A stretch of 64,000 bases of DNA, from contig JAQGDQ010002369.1 of the NCBI GenBank assembly GCA_030141605.1, positions 809,889-873,888 on the forward strand, read 5' to 3'. Positions within the stretch are counted from its first letter, which is position 1, and the number at the start of each line of letters is the position of its first letter. The translations under genes were made by a program, and so were the position numbers. The notes beneath the pieces are model-generated. The model had not been told where the DNA came from and made no database searches. It saw only the letters and a program-made list of their open reading frames with translations. The stretch is from Tubiluchus corallicola. Taxonomy: Eukaryota; Animalia; Priapulida. Positions 49,320-58,538 of this stretch are shown piece after piece.

Positions 49320-50012
49320 TTACAGTAATGTTAAAATAGGTTGATCAAAAAAATACCCGCACCGGTCAGTGAATCCCCAGAGGATCAATAACGCTATGAT
49401 TCCCACGACAACAGACGTGAAGATCACATTGAGGATCGATCTGCCGATCGAAAATTTCTGAACTTCTGAGAGCGCATGCAAAAACAAAATCAGAGTCCAT
49501 ATTGCAAGGATCAATTGGATAAAGAGTATGACCAGGAATAAAGTGGTCTCTTGAGCACTTAGGAGATTTCCTCCTGGAAAATCCCGAAAAAGAGATGTGC
49601 GGTAAAAAATCACAAGAACAATCCAGAAAATCGCATTGACAATCATCGGTGCATTGGCCCAGGCTAAAGAAGCTCGAATCTGTCGATAGCGGCCCTTTCC
49701 CTTCAACAACTTGCCCAGCATGAAAATAATCCAGGAATTAAAGGTAAAAGAAATATATCCCCAGAATGGTGAAATTACAATCGATCCAAAAAGAATTAGA
49801 TAGAAGTTCAGCCAATCTCCCAGAGAAAAGACCTGTGCCAAATAGAATAGGGAACAGAATCCATAAAATGCGGAAAGCCACCACAAGCCAAGATTGGGAT
49901 TGAGATCCACAATGGCTCTGATCGTCTTTCGCGGATGAATCCACATCCTAAACCAAGGACAAAAACCGAGTTTCTTAAGCATTCTGTATTCCTCTATAGC
50001 ATACGCCCCCAT
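49320..50012 (-). CDS. Yip1-domain membrane protein
   Basis: PWF.MWIHPRKTIRAI, G.LLKG.G....IRA.LAWA..P and EVQKFS; about 5 TM helices. Confidence 0.85.
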   Translation of the reverse strand: MGAYAIEEYRMLKKLGFCPWFRMWIHPRKTIRAIVDLNPNLGLWWLSAFYGFCSLFYLAQVFSLGDWLNFYLILFGSIVISPFWGYISFTFNSWIIFMLGKLLKGKGRYRQIRASLAWANAPMIVNAIFWIVLVIFYRTSLFRDFPGGNLLSAQETTLFLVILFIQLILAIWTLILFLHALSEVQKFSIGRSILNVIFTSVVVGIIALLILWGFTDRCGYFFDQPILTLL

Positions 50013-50174
50013 GGGCTAAGCTTATCTCGATCTGCTTTTATCGACAACCTGGCCAACAAAGCCAAAAAGAGGCGTGTTTTTAATTAAACACAATTATTAT
50101 GAAGTAAATTTGTAATTAAACACAAGCTATCTTGAAAAAATCTGACAATCAAAAAAAAGTAATTTTTTTTGATT

Positions 50175-50792
50175 TCACACTCCGGCATAGCGGAAATAGA
50201 GTCCATAAAGGAATGAGAGTGCAAAAATAAATACTGCAAAGATCACATAAGCAATGACCAAGTTGCCTATCGTCCTCCAGACAGAAAAATTCTGCACTTC
50301 CCTGATTCCTTGGATCAGGAAGACCAAAGACCAGATCCCAGTAATAAGGGTGATGGCATTGATGAAGAAGATAGAAGGTGCGCTAACATACTGGATAAAC
50401 ATCCCTTCGGAGGTGAAAGCCAGCAGGATGAACCACATCAGAATATTGATGACCAATGGGACTTTCGACCAGGCAAGAGCTGCCTGTACATGAGAAAAAG
50501 GCGCCTCTCCTTTGAGCAACCTCCCCGTAAAATGGAGAAGCCACCCATAGAAATAGAACCAAACGATCCCAATCAATGGCGAGATCACAACGGCAAGGAG
50601 CAGAACAATAGCAAAATGAAAGGTGAGTCCTACCGAATAGTAAGTCGCATAGAAAAGAACATTTTGAAGGCCGTAAAGAGCAGCAAGGTAAAAGAAGTGA
50701 TATCTAGGATGGCGGGCTACAATCGCACGGATTGTCTGCCTAGGTTGAGTCCAAATGGAAAACCATGGATTTGTAGTAAAAGTATCGGTCAT
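50175..50792 (-). CDS. Yip1-domain membrane protein (tandem paralog)
   Basis: NPWFSIWTQPRQTIRAI, GRLLKG...VQAALAWS..P and EVQNFS. Confidence 0.85.
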   Translation of the reverse strand: MTDTFTTNPWFSIWTQPRQTIRAIVARHPRYHFFYLAALYGLQNVLFYATYYSVGLTFHFAIVLLLAVVISPLIGIVWFYFYGWLLHFTGRLLKGEAPFSHVQAALAWSKVPLVINILMWFILLAFTSEGMFIQYVSAPSIFFINAITLITGIWSLVFLIQGIREVQNFSVWRTIGNLVIAYVIFAVFIFALSFLYGLYFRYAGV

Positions 50793-50884
50793 AAAGGGCC
50801 CTCAAATATTCCTATATTATTGCGGATATTTATCTAAGGCCCAATTTCTTTCAATAAAATTATATGAGCTGTCGCAGCCGATTC

Positions 50885-51052
50885 TTAGAGTCATCCTCTG
50901 AATTAAATTCATTCAGGGATAGTAGAATTTTTTGAGAGAAGACAGTTCGGAGACCGAAGGCAACTTAAATTAAGTTGGTGGAGGTTGAGAATTTTTTACT
51001 CTCAAAAAAGGCTTTATCAATGAATCAAAGTTAATTCAAAGAATGCCTCTTA
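50885..51052. mobile_element. 168-bp non-autonomous palindromic element (MITE / RPE-like)
   Basis: 22-bp terminal inverted repeats (18/22 match) with TA-rich ends; nested IRs TTTTTGAGAG/CTCTCAAAAA, TTCGG/CCGAA and CAACTTAA-A-TTAAGTTG; no ORF. Confidence 0.7.
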
Positions 51053-51063
51053 GAGATAGTCTT

Positions 51064-51240
51064 TTAGCCATCGTCTTCTTCATCGTAATCGAAATCGATC
51101 TCGAAATCTTCGATAACATCGATATTGTCCCCGCCTTCGCCGGCATATTCAGGAACGGGAACCTCGGCAACAGAGCCCATGGAAACATGATCGTCGCAAA
51201 ATGCGATAAGCGGAAGTGCAGCAAGCAGCCATTTAAGCAT
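51064..51240 (-). CDS. 58-aa acidic secreted peptide (missing from ORF track)
   Basis: RBS GAGGT; MLKWLLAALPLIAFC followed by the D/E-rich tail ...IEDFEIDFDYDEEDDG. Confidence 0.7.
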   Translation of the reverse strand: MLKWLLAALPLIAFCDDHVSMGSVAEVPVPEYAGEGGDNIDVIEDFEIDFDYDEEDDG

Positions 51241-51284
51241 TCGAATACCTCATATCTATACCCTATATCATACCGAAGGAGACT

Positions 51285-52181
51285 TTATTTTGAAAAGAAC
51301 TGTCGGAGCATCTCTTCAAGATGTAGATTCTGGAAGGCAAATCCCGATTCGACCAGCTTCTCAGGGTGCATATTCAAGCTATAGAGAAGCAAAACCTCTC
51401 CCAGCTCCCCTAAGACAAGTTTGATCACCCATGCAGGGATAGAAAAAAAACAGGGCCTTTTTAAAACTTTTGCCAGAGTTTTGGCAAAGTCTTCCTGCCT
51501 AACTGTCTCTGGACTAGAGATATTGACCGGACCAGATATCTCTTCATGGGAAAGGATATGAAGAACCGAACGGACCAAATCATTTCTGGAAATCCAGCTG
51601 ATGAACTGTCTGCCTGATCCTACCTTTCCTCCCAGACCTAGATTGAAAACCTTTGCTATCTGTTTGAGTCCTCCCCCAGAAGGATCACAAACCATACAGA
51701 ATCGTAAATGGGCTACTCTCACTCCCCGTGTTTCCAGCGGCTGTGCTGCTTCTTCCCAATCAACGCATAAATTCGAAATAAATCCTTTGCCAGGAGGGCT
51801 TTCTTCTGTGAAGACTTCATCTCCTCTGTCTCCATAAAACCCTTGGGCCGAAGCGGAGATAAATATCTTAGGTTGTTCTTTCAGTTTGAGAAGATATTGG
51901 ACCAGCATTCTAGTTGCGTGAACCCGGCTTTCATAGATCCTTCTCTTTTTTTTCTCTGTCCACCTGCCAACGATGTTCTCCCCAGCCAGATGGATCACTG
52001 CGTCGAAGCCTTCGAAGGATTTCTCATCCCAAACTCCTCCCTCAGGATTCCAGTAGACCGTATCAAGGCTGCTCTCTTTTTGCGTCCGCACCAGACGAAC
52101 GACTGAATGCCCTTGCTCTTTAAGAGACAAATAGAGTGGTTGTCCGATAAATCCCGAAGATCCACTTAGTAGAATACGCAT
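51285..52181 (-). CDS. TIGR01777-family NAD-dependent epimerase/oxidoreductase (YfcH-like)
   Basis: SGSSGFIG, IHLAGENI..RW, GFYGDRG, GSGRQ.ISWI and GPVN. Confidence 0.92.
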   Translation of the reverse strand: MRILLSGSSGFIGQPLYLSLKEQGHSVVRLVRTQKESSLDTVYWNPEGGVWDEKSFEGFDAVIHLAGENIVGRWTEKKKRRIYESRVHATRMLVQYLLKLKEQPKIFISASAQGFYGDRGDEVFTEESPPGKGFISNLCVDWEEAAQPLETRGVRVAHLRFCMVCDPSGGGLKQIAKVFNLGLGGKVGSGRQFISWISRNDLVRSVLHILSHEEISGPVNISSPETVRQEDFAKTLAKVLKRPCFFSIPAWVIKLVLGELGEVLLLYSLNMHPEKLVESGFAFQNLHLEEMLRQFFSK

Positions 52182-52203
52182 GGGATAGCTTCACGACTTT
52201 TTG

Positions 52204-52245
52204 AAAAAAAAAGAGTGCACTCAAGCCAATACTCTATGCGCACTC
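52204..52245 (-). terminator. Intrinsic terminator after the DUF378 gene
   Basis: On the minus strand GAGTGCGC...GTGCACTC hairpin followed by a T9 run, about 10 bp after the stop. Confidence 0.65.
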
Positions 52246-52254
52246 GATTTTAAA

Positions 52255-52524
52255 TTACTGATCTTGCCCTTGATTTTGGCCTTCACCTGAACCAGAAGGT
52301 CCGCAAGTTCCTCCTCCTGAACTACAGTAGAGTCCTTTGCAGAAAAAGAAGCTGATTCCAAATAGTCCTGCCAATCCGATCAATGCATAAATGAAGCGAG
52401 CCCACCCAGTGGAAGGTCCTCCAAAAATATCCGCAATGACATCGTACTGGAAAAAGCCCCAGAGTCCCCAGTTCAAGGCACCGATGATCACAAGTAGCAT
52501 TGCAATAAAGCGAATAACACTCAT
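52255..52524 (-). CDS. DUF378-family small membrane protein (CT001-like)
   Basis: LVIIGALNWGL.G.F..D...IFG...RFIYALIGLAG; divergent from gatC as in Chlamydia. Confidence 0.9.
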   Translation of the reverse strand: MSVIRFIAMLLVIIGALNWGLWGFFQYDVIADIFGGPSTGWARFIYALIGLAGLFGISFFFCKGLYCSSGGGTCGPSGSGEGQNQGQDQ

Positions 52525-52600
52525 TATAACCCCTTAGGTAGGTTCCTTAACTGTATGATAAAATAATTCTTTTTCATTGTCATGCATTTTTTCCCTTACC

Positions 52601-52629
52601 TTGACTTCCGGAGAAAAAAATGGTAGACT
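52601..52629 (+). promoter_or_regulatory. Sigma66/sigma70-type promoter for gatCAB
   Basis: TTGACT-17 bp-TAGACT, 33 bp upstream of the gatC ATG. Confidence 0.6.
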
Positions 52630-52662
52630 CTCCAGCTAAACCAAATAATGCGAATGGCTTAA

Positions 52663-52968
52663 ATGTCCAATTTTTGTGAAAAGGAACTCAAAGAACTTGA
52701 AAAGCTCTCCCGTATAGACCTGACTCACGAAGAAGAGCAGAAACTTGTTGAGAACCTAAAAAAGATCCTCGATCACGCTGAAAAACTTCAAGAAGTGGAC
52801 ACAGAAGGAGTCGTCTCCTGTAATTATGTTCTACAGGACCTGCAAAACAGTGTCTTGAGAGCCGATGAGACCGGCCCGACCCTTTCTCGTGAAGAATTTC
52901 TTTCCAATTCCCCAGACCATGTCGGGGGTATGGTCCGTGTTCCTCCAGTCATCAAACCCTCAGCCTAA
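52663..52968 (+). CDS. gatC: Asp/Glu-tRNA amidotransferase subunit C
   Basis: LSRIDL, LQEVDTEGV, LRADE and VPPVI; precedes gatA. Confidence 0.93.
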   Translation: MSNFCEKELKELEKLSRIDLTHEEEQKLVENLKKILDHAEKLQEVDTEGVVSCNYVLQDLQNSVLRADETGPTLSREEFLSNSPDHVGGMVRVPPVIKPSA

Positions 52969-52970
52969 CT

Positions 52971-54431
52971 ATGCACAAATTAAGCGCTCTTCAATTACGA
53001 AACCACTTTCTCCAAGGAAATTACACTGCTGTAGAAATCGCAGAATATTTCCTCAAAAGGATCGAAAAGCACAATGAAAAGCTTGGGGCCTTCCTCAAGG
53101 TGTTATCGGAAAGGACCCTGAGAAAAGCAGAAGATCTCGACCGGAAAAGAGCAGAAAATAAGCCTCTGGGAAAACTGGCTGGCGTACCGTTGGCCATCAA
53201 AGACAACATGCACATCAAGGATGAGATCACAACCTGTGGTTCAAAATTCCTCAAAAATTTCAAAGCTCCCTTCTGGTCCACAGCAATCAAAGAACTGGAT
53301 GATGCAGACGGACTTTTGATCGGCAAGACGAACCTCGATGAGTTTGCCATGGGCTCCTCCAATGAAAATTCTGCCTATTTTCCTGCAAAAAATCCCTGGA
53401 ACCTTCAATGTTCCCCCGGCGGATCAAGCGGAGGATCATCTTCTGCCATTGCTGCCCGTTTGGCTCTCGCTGCTACAGGAAGCGACACCGGAGGATCAAT
53501 CCGACAGCCGGCAGCTTTGGCTGGAATTGTCGGTTTCAAACCAACGTATGGGCGTGTTTCCCGATTCGGCCTTGTGGCCTTCGGATCTTCTCTCGATCAG
53601 ATCGGACCTATGACAACAACCGTCGCAGATGCTGCATTGATGATGGAAGTGATGGGCAAGTATTGTCCGAAAGATTCTACCTCTCTGCAACTTCCCCAGG
53701 AGCCTTATCTCGATCATCTTCCACAAGACCTCAAGGGAATGCGCATTGGAATTCCTTCCCACTTTCTGGAAGACCTCAAGCCCGATGCCCAAAAGAACTT
53801 TGAAGAATCCAAAGCCATTCTCAAAGATCTCGGCGCAACTCTCCATGAAATTGATCTCGATATCCTGAAATATTCGATTCCTGTCTATTACATCCTCGCC
53901 ACCGCTGAAGCTTCTACCAATCTCGCCCGTTTCGACGGTGTCCGATATGGAATACGATCAGAAGCTGCCAAAAACCTGGACGAACTCTATGATTTTTCCA
54001 GAGAAGATGGATTTGGGCCTGAGGTAAAACAACGAATCCTCCTCGGAACATATATGCTCTCAGCCGGTTTTCAGAGTGCCTTTTATAAAAAAGCCCAGAA
54101 GGTACGAACATTGATGATCCAGGCTTTCAATGAAGCTTATAGCAAGTGCGATATCGTCGCCCTGCCTGTCTCTCCGGTCACAGCTTTTGAACTGGGATCA
54201 TTTCAGGATCCAGTGCAAATGTACCTACAGGACATCTTTACCATTTCAGCAAATCTGGGAGGACTTCCGGCTATTTCTGTTCCCTCTGGATTTGACCAAA
54301 AGCAAAAACCTTTCGGACTGCAGTTGATTGGCCCACAGCTTCACGACGTTCCAGTCATCAAATGCGCCTATGCCTTTGAGCAAAAAACACAGTTCACCAA
54401 AAAAATTCCTCCCCAATTCGAAGAAGAGTGA
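52971..54431 (+). CDS. gatA: Asp/Glu-tRNA amidotransferase subunit A
   Basis: Amidase signature GKTNLDEFAMGSS, PGGSSGGS, GSDTGGSIRQPA and RFDGVRYG. Confidence 0.98.
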   Translation: MHKLSALQLRNHFLQGNYTAVEIAEYFLKRIEKHNEKLGAFLKVLSERTLRKAEDLDRKRAENKPLGKLAGVPLAIKDNMHIKDEITTCGSKFLKNFKAPFWSTAIKELDDADGLLIGKTNLDEFAMGSSNENSAYFPAKNPWNLQCSPGGSSGGSSSAIAARLALAATGSDTGGSIRQPAALAGIVGFKPTYGRVSRFGLVAFGSSLDQIGPMTTTVADAALMMEVMGKYCPKDSTSLQLPQEPYLDHLPQDLKGMRIGIPSHFLEDLKPDAQKNFEESKAILKDLGATLHEIDLDILKYSIPVYYILATAEASTNLARFDGVRYGIRSEAAKNLDELYDFSREDGFGPEVKQRILLGTYMLSAGFQSAFYKKAQKVRTLMIQAFNEAYSKCDIVALPVSPVTAFELGSFQDPVQMYLQDIFTISANLGGLPAISVPSGFDQKQKPFGLQLIGPQLHDVPVIKCAYAFEQKTQFTKKIPPQFEEE

Positions 54432-54437
54432 GACGTT

Positions 54438-55895
54438 ATGAAAAATGATAGTCCCTGGGAACCGGTCATCGGCCTTGAAATCCACGTTCAGCTCAATACG
54501 AAGACTAAACTCTTCAGCCACGCCCCGAATCATTTCGGAGATGAACCCAATACGAATATTTCCCCTGTAGATCTCGGACTTCCAGGGTCATTGCCCGTAC
54601 TCAACAAGGAAGCTGTGAAAAAAGCGGTCCAGTTCGGCCTGGCCGTCGGCGCCGAGATCCCCAAAGTAAGCCGATTCGACAGGAAATCCTATTTTTATCC
54701 CGATAGTCCCCGTAACTTTCAAATCACCCAGTTCGACCATCCGATCGTAGCAGGCGGTACGATCAATGCCGATGTAGAAGGAGAAAGCTATACTTTTGAA
54801 ATCGATCATGCCCATCTTGAGGATGATGCAGGGATGCTCAAACACTTTTCCTCTTTCGCAGGTGTGGACTATAACAGAGCTGGTGTTCCCCTGATTGAAA
54901 TCGTATCGAAGCCTTGCATGCATTCTCCAAGACAGGCAACGACCTATGTCCGCGCTGTGAAGGCCATCATGGAATACATCGATGCATCCGACTGCAATAT
55001 GGAAGAAGGCTCTCTCCGGGTAGATGCGAACATCTCTATCCGACGCAAGGGAGAAACTGAACTTCGCCCGAAGACTGAAATCAAGAACATGAACTCCTTT
55101 CATTATCTTGAGCTCGCCATCGAAGCAGAGATCAAAAGACAGATTAAAGAATACGAAGCTCATCCTAGAAAAGCTCATGAAGAGGTCATCAAATCAGGCA
55201 CCTATCGCTGGGATGCGGAGAAAAAAGAAATCTTTTTGATGCGTAGTAAAGAATCGGCGGATGATTACCGATATTTTCCGGAGCCCGATCTTGTGCCTCT
55301 CATTCTTGATGATGATTATATCGATCCAATCAGAGAAATGCTCCCGGAACTTCCCCATGCGCGGTTTGAAAGATATGTCAATGAACTGGAACTTTCCGAG
55401 TATAACGCCTCGATCCTGGTCAATGAAAAACGACTTTCCGATTACTTTGAAGATGCTCTTAAAGCTGGGCCGACCGCCAAGAATCTTTGCACCTGGATCA
55501 CCGTCGAGTTTGCGGGGAAACTGAAAGATACGGGAAAATCCATCATGATCATGCCTCCCGAACATGTCGGAAAACTCGTAAAACTCATTGAAAATCAAAC
55601 GATCAACGGTCGAATTGCCAAACAGGTCGCCGACGATATGATCAAAAATCCCGATAAAGATCCCGAAGAAATCGTCAAAGCAAATCCCGACTATCAACCT
55701 CTTACCGATGTCTCAGAAATTGAACCTCTCGTCGTTAAAGTACTTGATGAGAACCCTTCTTCCATAGCCGATTACAAAGCAGGAAAGAAAAAAGCATTCG
55801 CTTTTCTAGTAGGACAAGTCATGAAACTCACCCGTGGTAAAGCTTCTCCTGGAATCGTCAATGATCTCATCAACAAGAAACTCTCTTCTTATTAG
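54438..55895 (+). CDS. gatB: Asp/Glu-tRNA amidotransferase subunit B
   Basis: VIGLEIHVQL, RKSYFYPD, YNRAGVPLIEIV, DYRYFPEPD and GQVMK.TRGKA. Confidence 0.98.
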   Translation: MKNDSPWEPVIGLEIHVQLNTKTKLFSHAPNHFGDEPNTNISPVDLGLPGSLPVLNKEAVKKAVQFGLAVGAEIPKVSRFDRKSYFYPDSPRNFQITQFDHPIVAGGTINADVEGESYTFEIDHAHLEDDAGMLKHFSSFAGVDYNRAGVPLIEIVSKPCMHSPRQATTYVRAVKAIMEYIDASDCNMEEGSLRVDANISIRRKGETELRPKTEIKNMNSFHYLELAIEAEIKRQIKEYEAHPRKAHEEVIKSGTYRWDAEKKEIFLMRSKESADDYRYFPEPDLVPLILDDDYIDPIREMLPELPHARFERYVNELELSEYNASILVNEKRLSDYFEDALKAGPTAKNLCTWITVEFAGKLKDTGKSIMIMPPEHVGKLVKLIENQTINGRIAKQVADDMIKNPDKDPEEIVKANPDYQPLTDVSEIEPLVVKVLDENPSSIADYKAGKKKAFAFLVGQVMKLTRGKASPGIVNDLINKKLSSY

Positions 55896-55983
55896 AGAGT
55901 AGTTCTCCCTACAATTCTCTTGACGCCAAACTTTTTCGCTTTTAAAAGAATTTCTTAAGGGGGGATTCCCCTAGAGAGCGAAG

Positions 55984-57432
55984 ATGCGGCAAATACTTTT
56001 TGTCATTATTTCACTATTTCTTTTGGGAAGTTGTACTAGAGTTACCGATCCCTATTCGATGGCCCCAGTGACTCCTTATGCAGACTGGTCTCCCAATCGC
56101 ACAAGCACATTGATCTCATCCTCATTTTGCAAACAGTTTCTTCCACCGAATTTTTCAGAAGGTGTTCTATCTCTTGCCGACTTGATCGATATTGCATTGC
56201 AAAACAATCCCAATACCAAGAGAACGTGGGCGCAAGCACGTTCTGCCGCTGCCAGCTATGGACAAAACTTAAGCGACTATTATCCCGAACTCGATTTTTC
56301 CGCATCTTATACACGTATCCGTCAATCGTTTTTCAATACAGTTGTTTTTGTTCCGTTCTATCAGACAACCGTCAATCCAAAATTGGCTTTGACCTACACT
56401 CTTCTGGACTTTGGACAGCGTTCTTCTTCTGCAGACAGTGCCAGAGAAGCGCTATACGTTGCCGATTATACGCACAACCAGGAAATCCAAACTGTTCTGC
56501 AGACAGTGATGAATGATTACTACACATACCTCTATCAAAAACATACGTTGGAAGCACTTTTTGCAGATCTGGAGAACAACAAAGGAACCTTGGATGCGGC
56601 CAATCTAAAATTTGCAACGGGTCTTGCTGCCCTGGGAGATGTAGCCCAGGCACGTACTGATTATTTGCAAACGAAGATCAAAATCGTTGCACAACAGAAC
56701 ACAGTTGAAACAGCTTACGCACAACTGGCTACGGATATCGGTCTTGCTGCCAATACTAAGTTCCAGGTACAGGACCTTCCTTCCACGATCTCAACCCAGC
56801 CGATTATAGAATCAGTCGATGAACTGGTCCTTCAAGCGCAGAATAATAGACAGGATTTTTTAGCAGCTCAAGCCGATGTTAGGGCCAAAGAAGCTGATGT
56901 ACGCAATGCCCAAGCTGCATCGAGACCGACCATCACAGGAGAGTTTGATTTAGGAAAGAATTATTGGGACGGAGGAGAAACGGAAGACTATAACTTTACT
57001 GCATCTGTGAGTCTCAACATCCCCATCTTCAAGGGCTTTTTCTACAAGAATGGAGTCCGCGTCGCCAAAGCAAACCTTGAAGCATCCCAGGCCTCTCTAC
57101 TAGATACGGAATTGACCATCATTCAGGATGTGACGACTTCTCAATACAGCGTATTAAAAGCTGCAGAAAATGTGGAGTATTCCGATGATTACGTCGAAAG
57201 CGCAAAAGTAAATTACGATGTTGCTCTCAGTAACTACAAAGCAGGAACAGGAACCATTTTAAATGTCCTCTCCGCTCAAAGTTCATTGGCCGATGCGCGC
57301 GCTCAGCAAGTGAGTTCGAAAAGGGACTGGTTTTCCTCTCTGGTCGACCTCGCTTTTGCCACTGGAGCACTTTGCTCGCCTACCCCTAAAACCATGTTAG
57401 AACCTATTGAGTTAAGCCCATGCTGCGATTAA
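55984..57432 (+). CDS. TolC/OEP-family outer-membrane efflux lipoprotein
   Basis: Lipobox LGSC; duplicated OEP repeats (ALQNNP, FATGLA / YKAGTG). Confidence 0.9.
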   Translation: MRQILFVIISLFLLGSCTRVTDPYSMAPVTPYADWSPNRTSTLISSSFCKQFLPPNFSEGVLSLADLIDIALQNNPNTKRTWAQARSAAASYGQNLSDYYPELDFSASYTRIRQSFFNTVVFVPFYQTTVNPKLALTYTLLDFGQRSSSADSAREALYVADYTHNQEIQTVLQTVMNDYYTYLYQKHTLEALFADLENNKGTLDAANLKFATGLAALGDVAQARTDYLQTKIKIVAQQNTVETAYAQLATDIGLAANTKFQVQDLPSTISTQPIIESVDELVLQAQNNRQDFLAAQADVRAKEADVRNAQAASRPTITGEFDLGKNYWDGGETEDYNFTASVSLNIPIFKGFFYKNGVRVAKANLEASQASLLDTELTIIQDVTTSQYSVLKAAENVEYSDDYVESAKVNYDVALSNYKAGTGTILNVLSAQSSLADARAQQVSSKRDWFSSLVDLAFATGALCSPTPKTMLEPIELSPCCD

Positions 57433-58538
57433 TCCCTTTGTTTCTGATTCTTTCTCTTGTTTCTTCCTCCTGTGGCAAGAAAAAAAAGCATGACACCAAA
57501 CGGGAATTTCCTGTTGAAATACAAACGGCAGCCAAAAAGGACTCTCCGATCTTCATCGAAACAATCGGTCATGTCGAATCGGTTAACTCAGTCGAAGTGA
57601 AATCCAGAGTCGATGGAGAACTAACAGGTGTATATTTCAAGGAAGGGGATTATGTTAAAAAAGGAGACCTTCTCTTTACGATCGACCCCCGTCCCTTTGA
57701 GGCAAAACTCAAACAGACGCAAGGAACTCTTGAAGAGAATGTAGCCAACCTCGCCTTGGCCGAGGACAAAGTCCTTCGTTATGCCGCTCTTGTAAAAGAA
57801 GAGTTCTTTTCAGAGATTGACTATGAGCAACTGACGACCAATGTCCTGACAACCAAGGGTGCGATCAAACAAAATGAAGGGGAAGTCGAAGAAGCCGCGC
57901 TGAACCTGGAATATTGCTGGATCTACTCTCCCATCCAAGGAAAAACCGGAATCCTACAAATCGATTATGGGAATCTGATTAAAGCGAATGATTCGAATGC
58001 CATCATTACCATTAATCAGATCGAGCCCATCTATGTGACTTTCTCTATTCCGGAGATCAACTTTCCAAAAATCATGAAATACCATAACCAAAGCCCATTA
58101 AAGGTATGGGTCTCCTTTGATCAATTTAAAGAAGGCCACATCGAAGGGTGTCTCGAACTCGTCGATAATACAGTCGATACGAACACAGGGCAAATTAAGC
58201 TCCGAGGAATCTTTGATAATCTGGATAAACAGTTGTGGCCCGGTCTCTTTGTCCGATCCCGCTTGATCCTTCATTGGATGTCTGATGCAATCATTATTCC
58301 TTTCGAGGCAGTCGTCATGACTCAATCAGGACCAATCGTCTACGTCCTCAAAGAAGGAGGAAATACTGTAGAACTGAGAAAGCTCAAATTAGGTCAGAGA
58401 GAGGATGACAATATCATTGTTCTCGATGGGGTGAAAGAAAATGAAAAAGTAGTCATCGACGGACAGATCAATCTCTCTGATGGGTCTACAGTCAAGGTAC
58501 AAAAAGCTCCAAAACAGAAAAAGGTGAGAATGGAATGA
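57420..58538 (+). CDS. RND efflux periplasmic adaptor (MFP, MdtA-like)
   Basis: VKSRVDG, FKEGDYVKKGDLLFTIDPRP, IYSPIQG, DNTVD..TG and LWPG.F. Confidence 0.93.
   Translation: MLRLIPLFLILSLVSSSCGKKKKHDTKREFPVEIQTAAKKDSPIFIETIGHVESVNSVEVKSRVDGELTGVYFKEGDYVKKGDLLFTIDPRPFEAKLKQTQGTLEENVANLALAEDKVLRYAALVKEEFFSEIDYEQLTTNVLTTKGAIKQNEGEVEEAALNLEYCWIYSPIQGKTGILQIDYGNLIKANDSNAIITINQIEPIYVTFSIPEINFPKIMKYHNQSPLKVWVSFDQFKEGHIEGCLELVDNTVDTNTGQIKLRGIFDNLDKQLWPGLFVRSRLILHWMSDAIIIPFEAVVMTQSGPIVYVLKEGGNTVELRKLKLGQREDDNIIVLDGVKENEKVVIDGQINLSDGSTVKVQKAPKQKKVRME

Noticed and set aside
50885-51052. tRNA or CRISPR array
   Set aside because: A GTTCG is present but there is no cloverleaf, and there is no repeat-spacer periodicity or cas gene; it is a single nested palindrome.
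51036-51384. Track ORFs 51043-51384 (+) and 51036-51224 (-)
   Set aside because: Shadows of the 58-aa minus-strand gene and the TIGR01777 gene, starting or ending inside the palindromic element.
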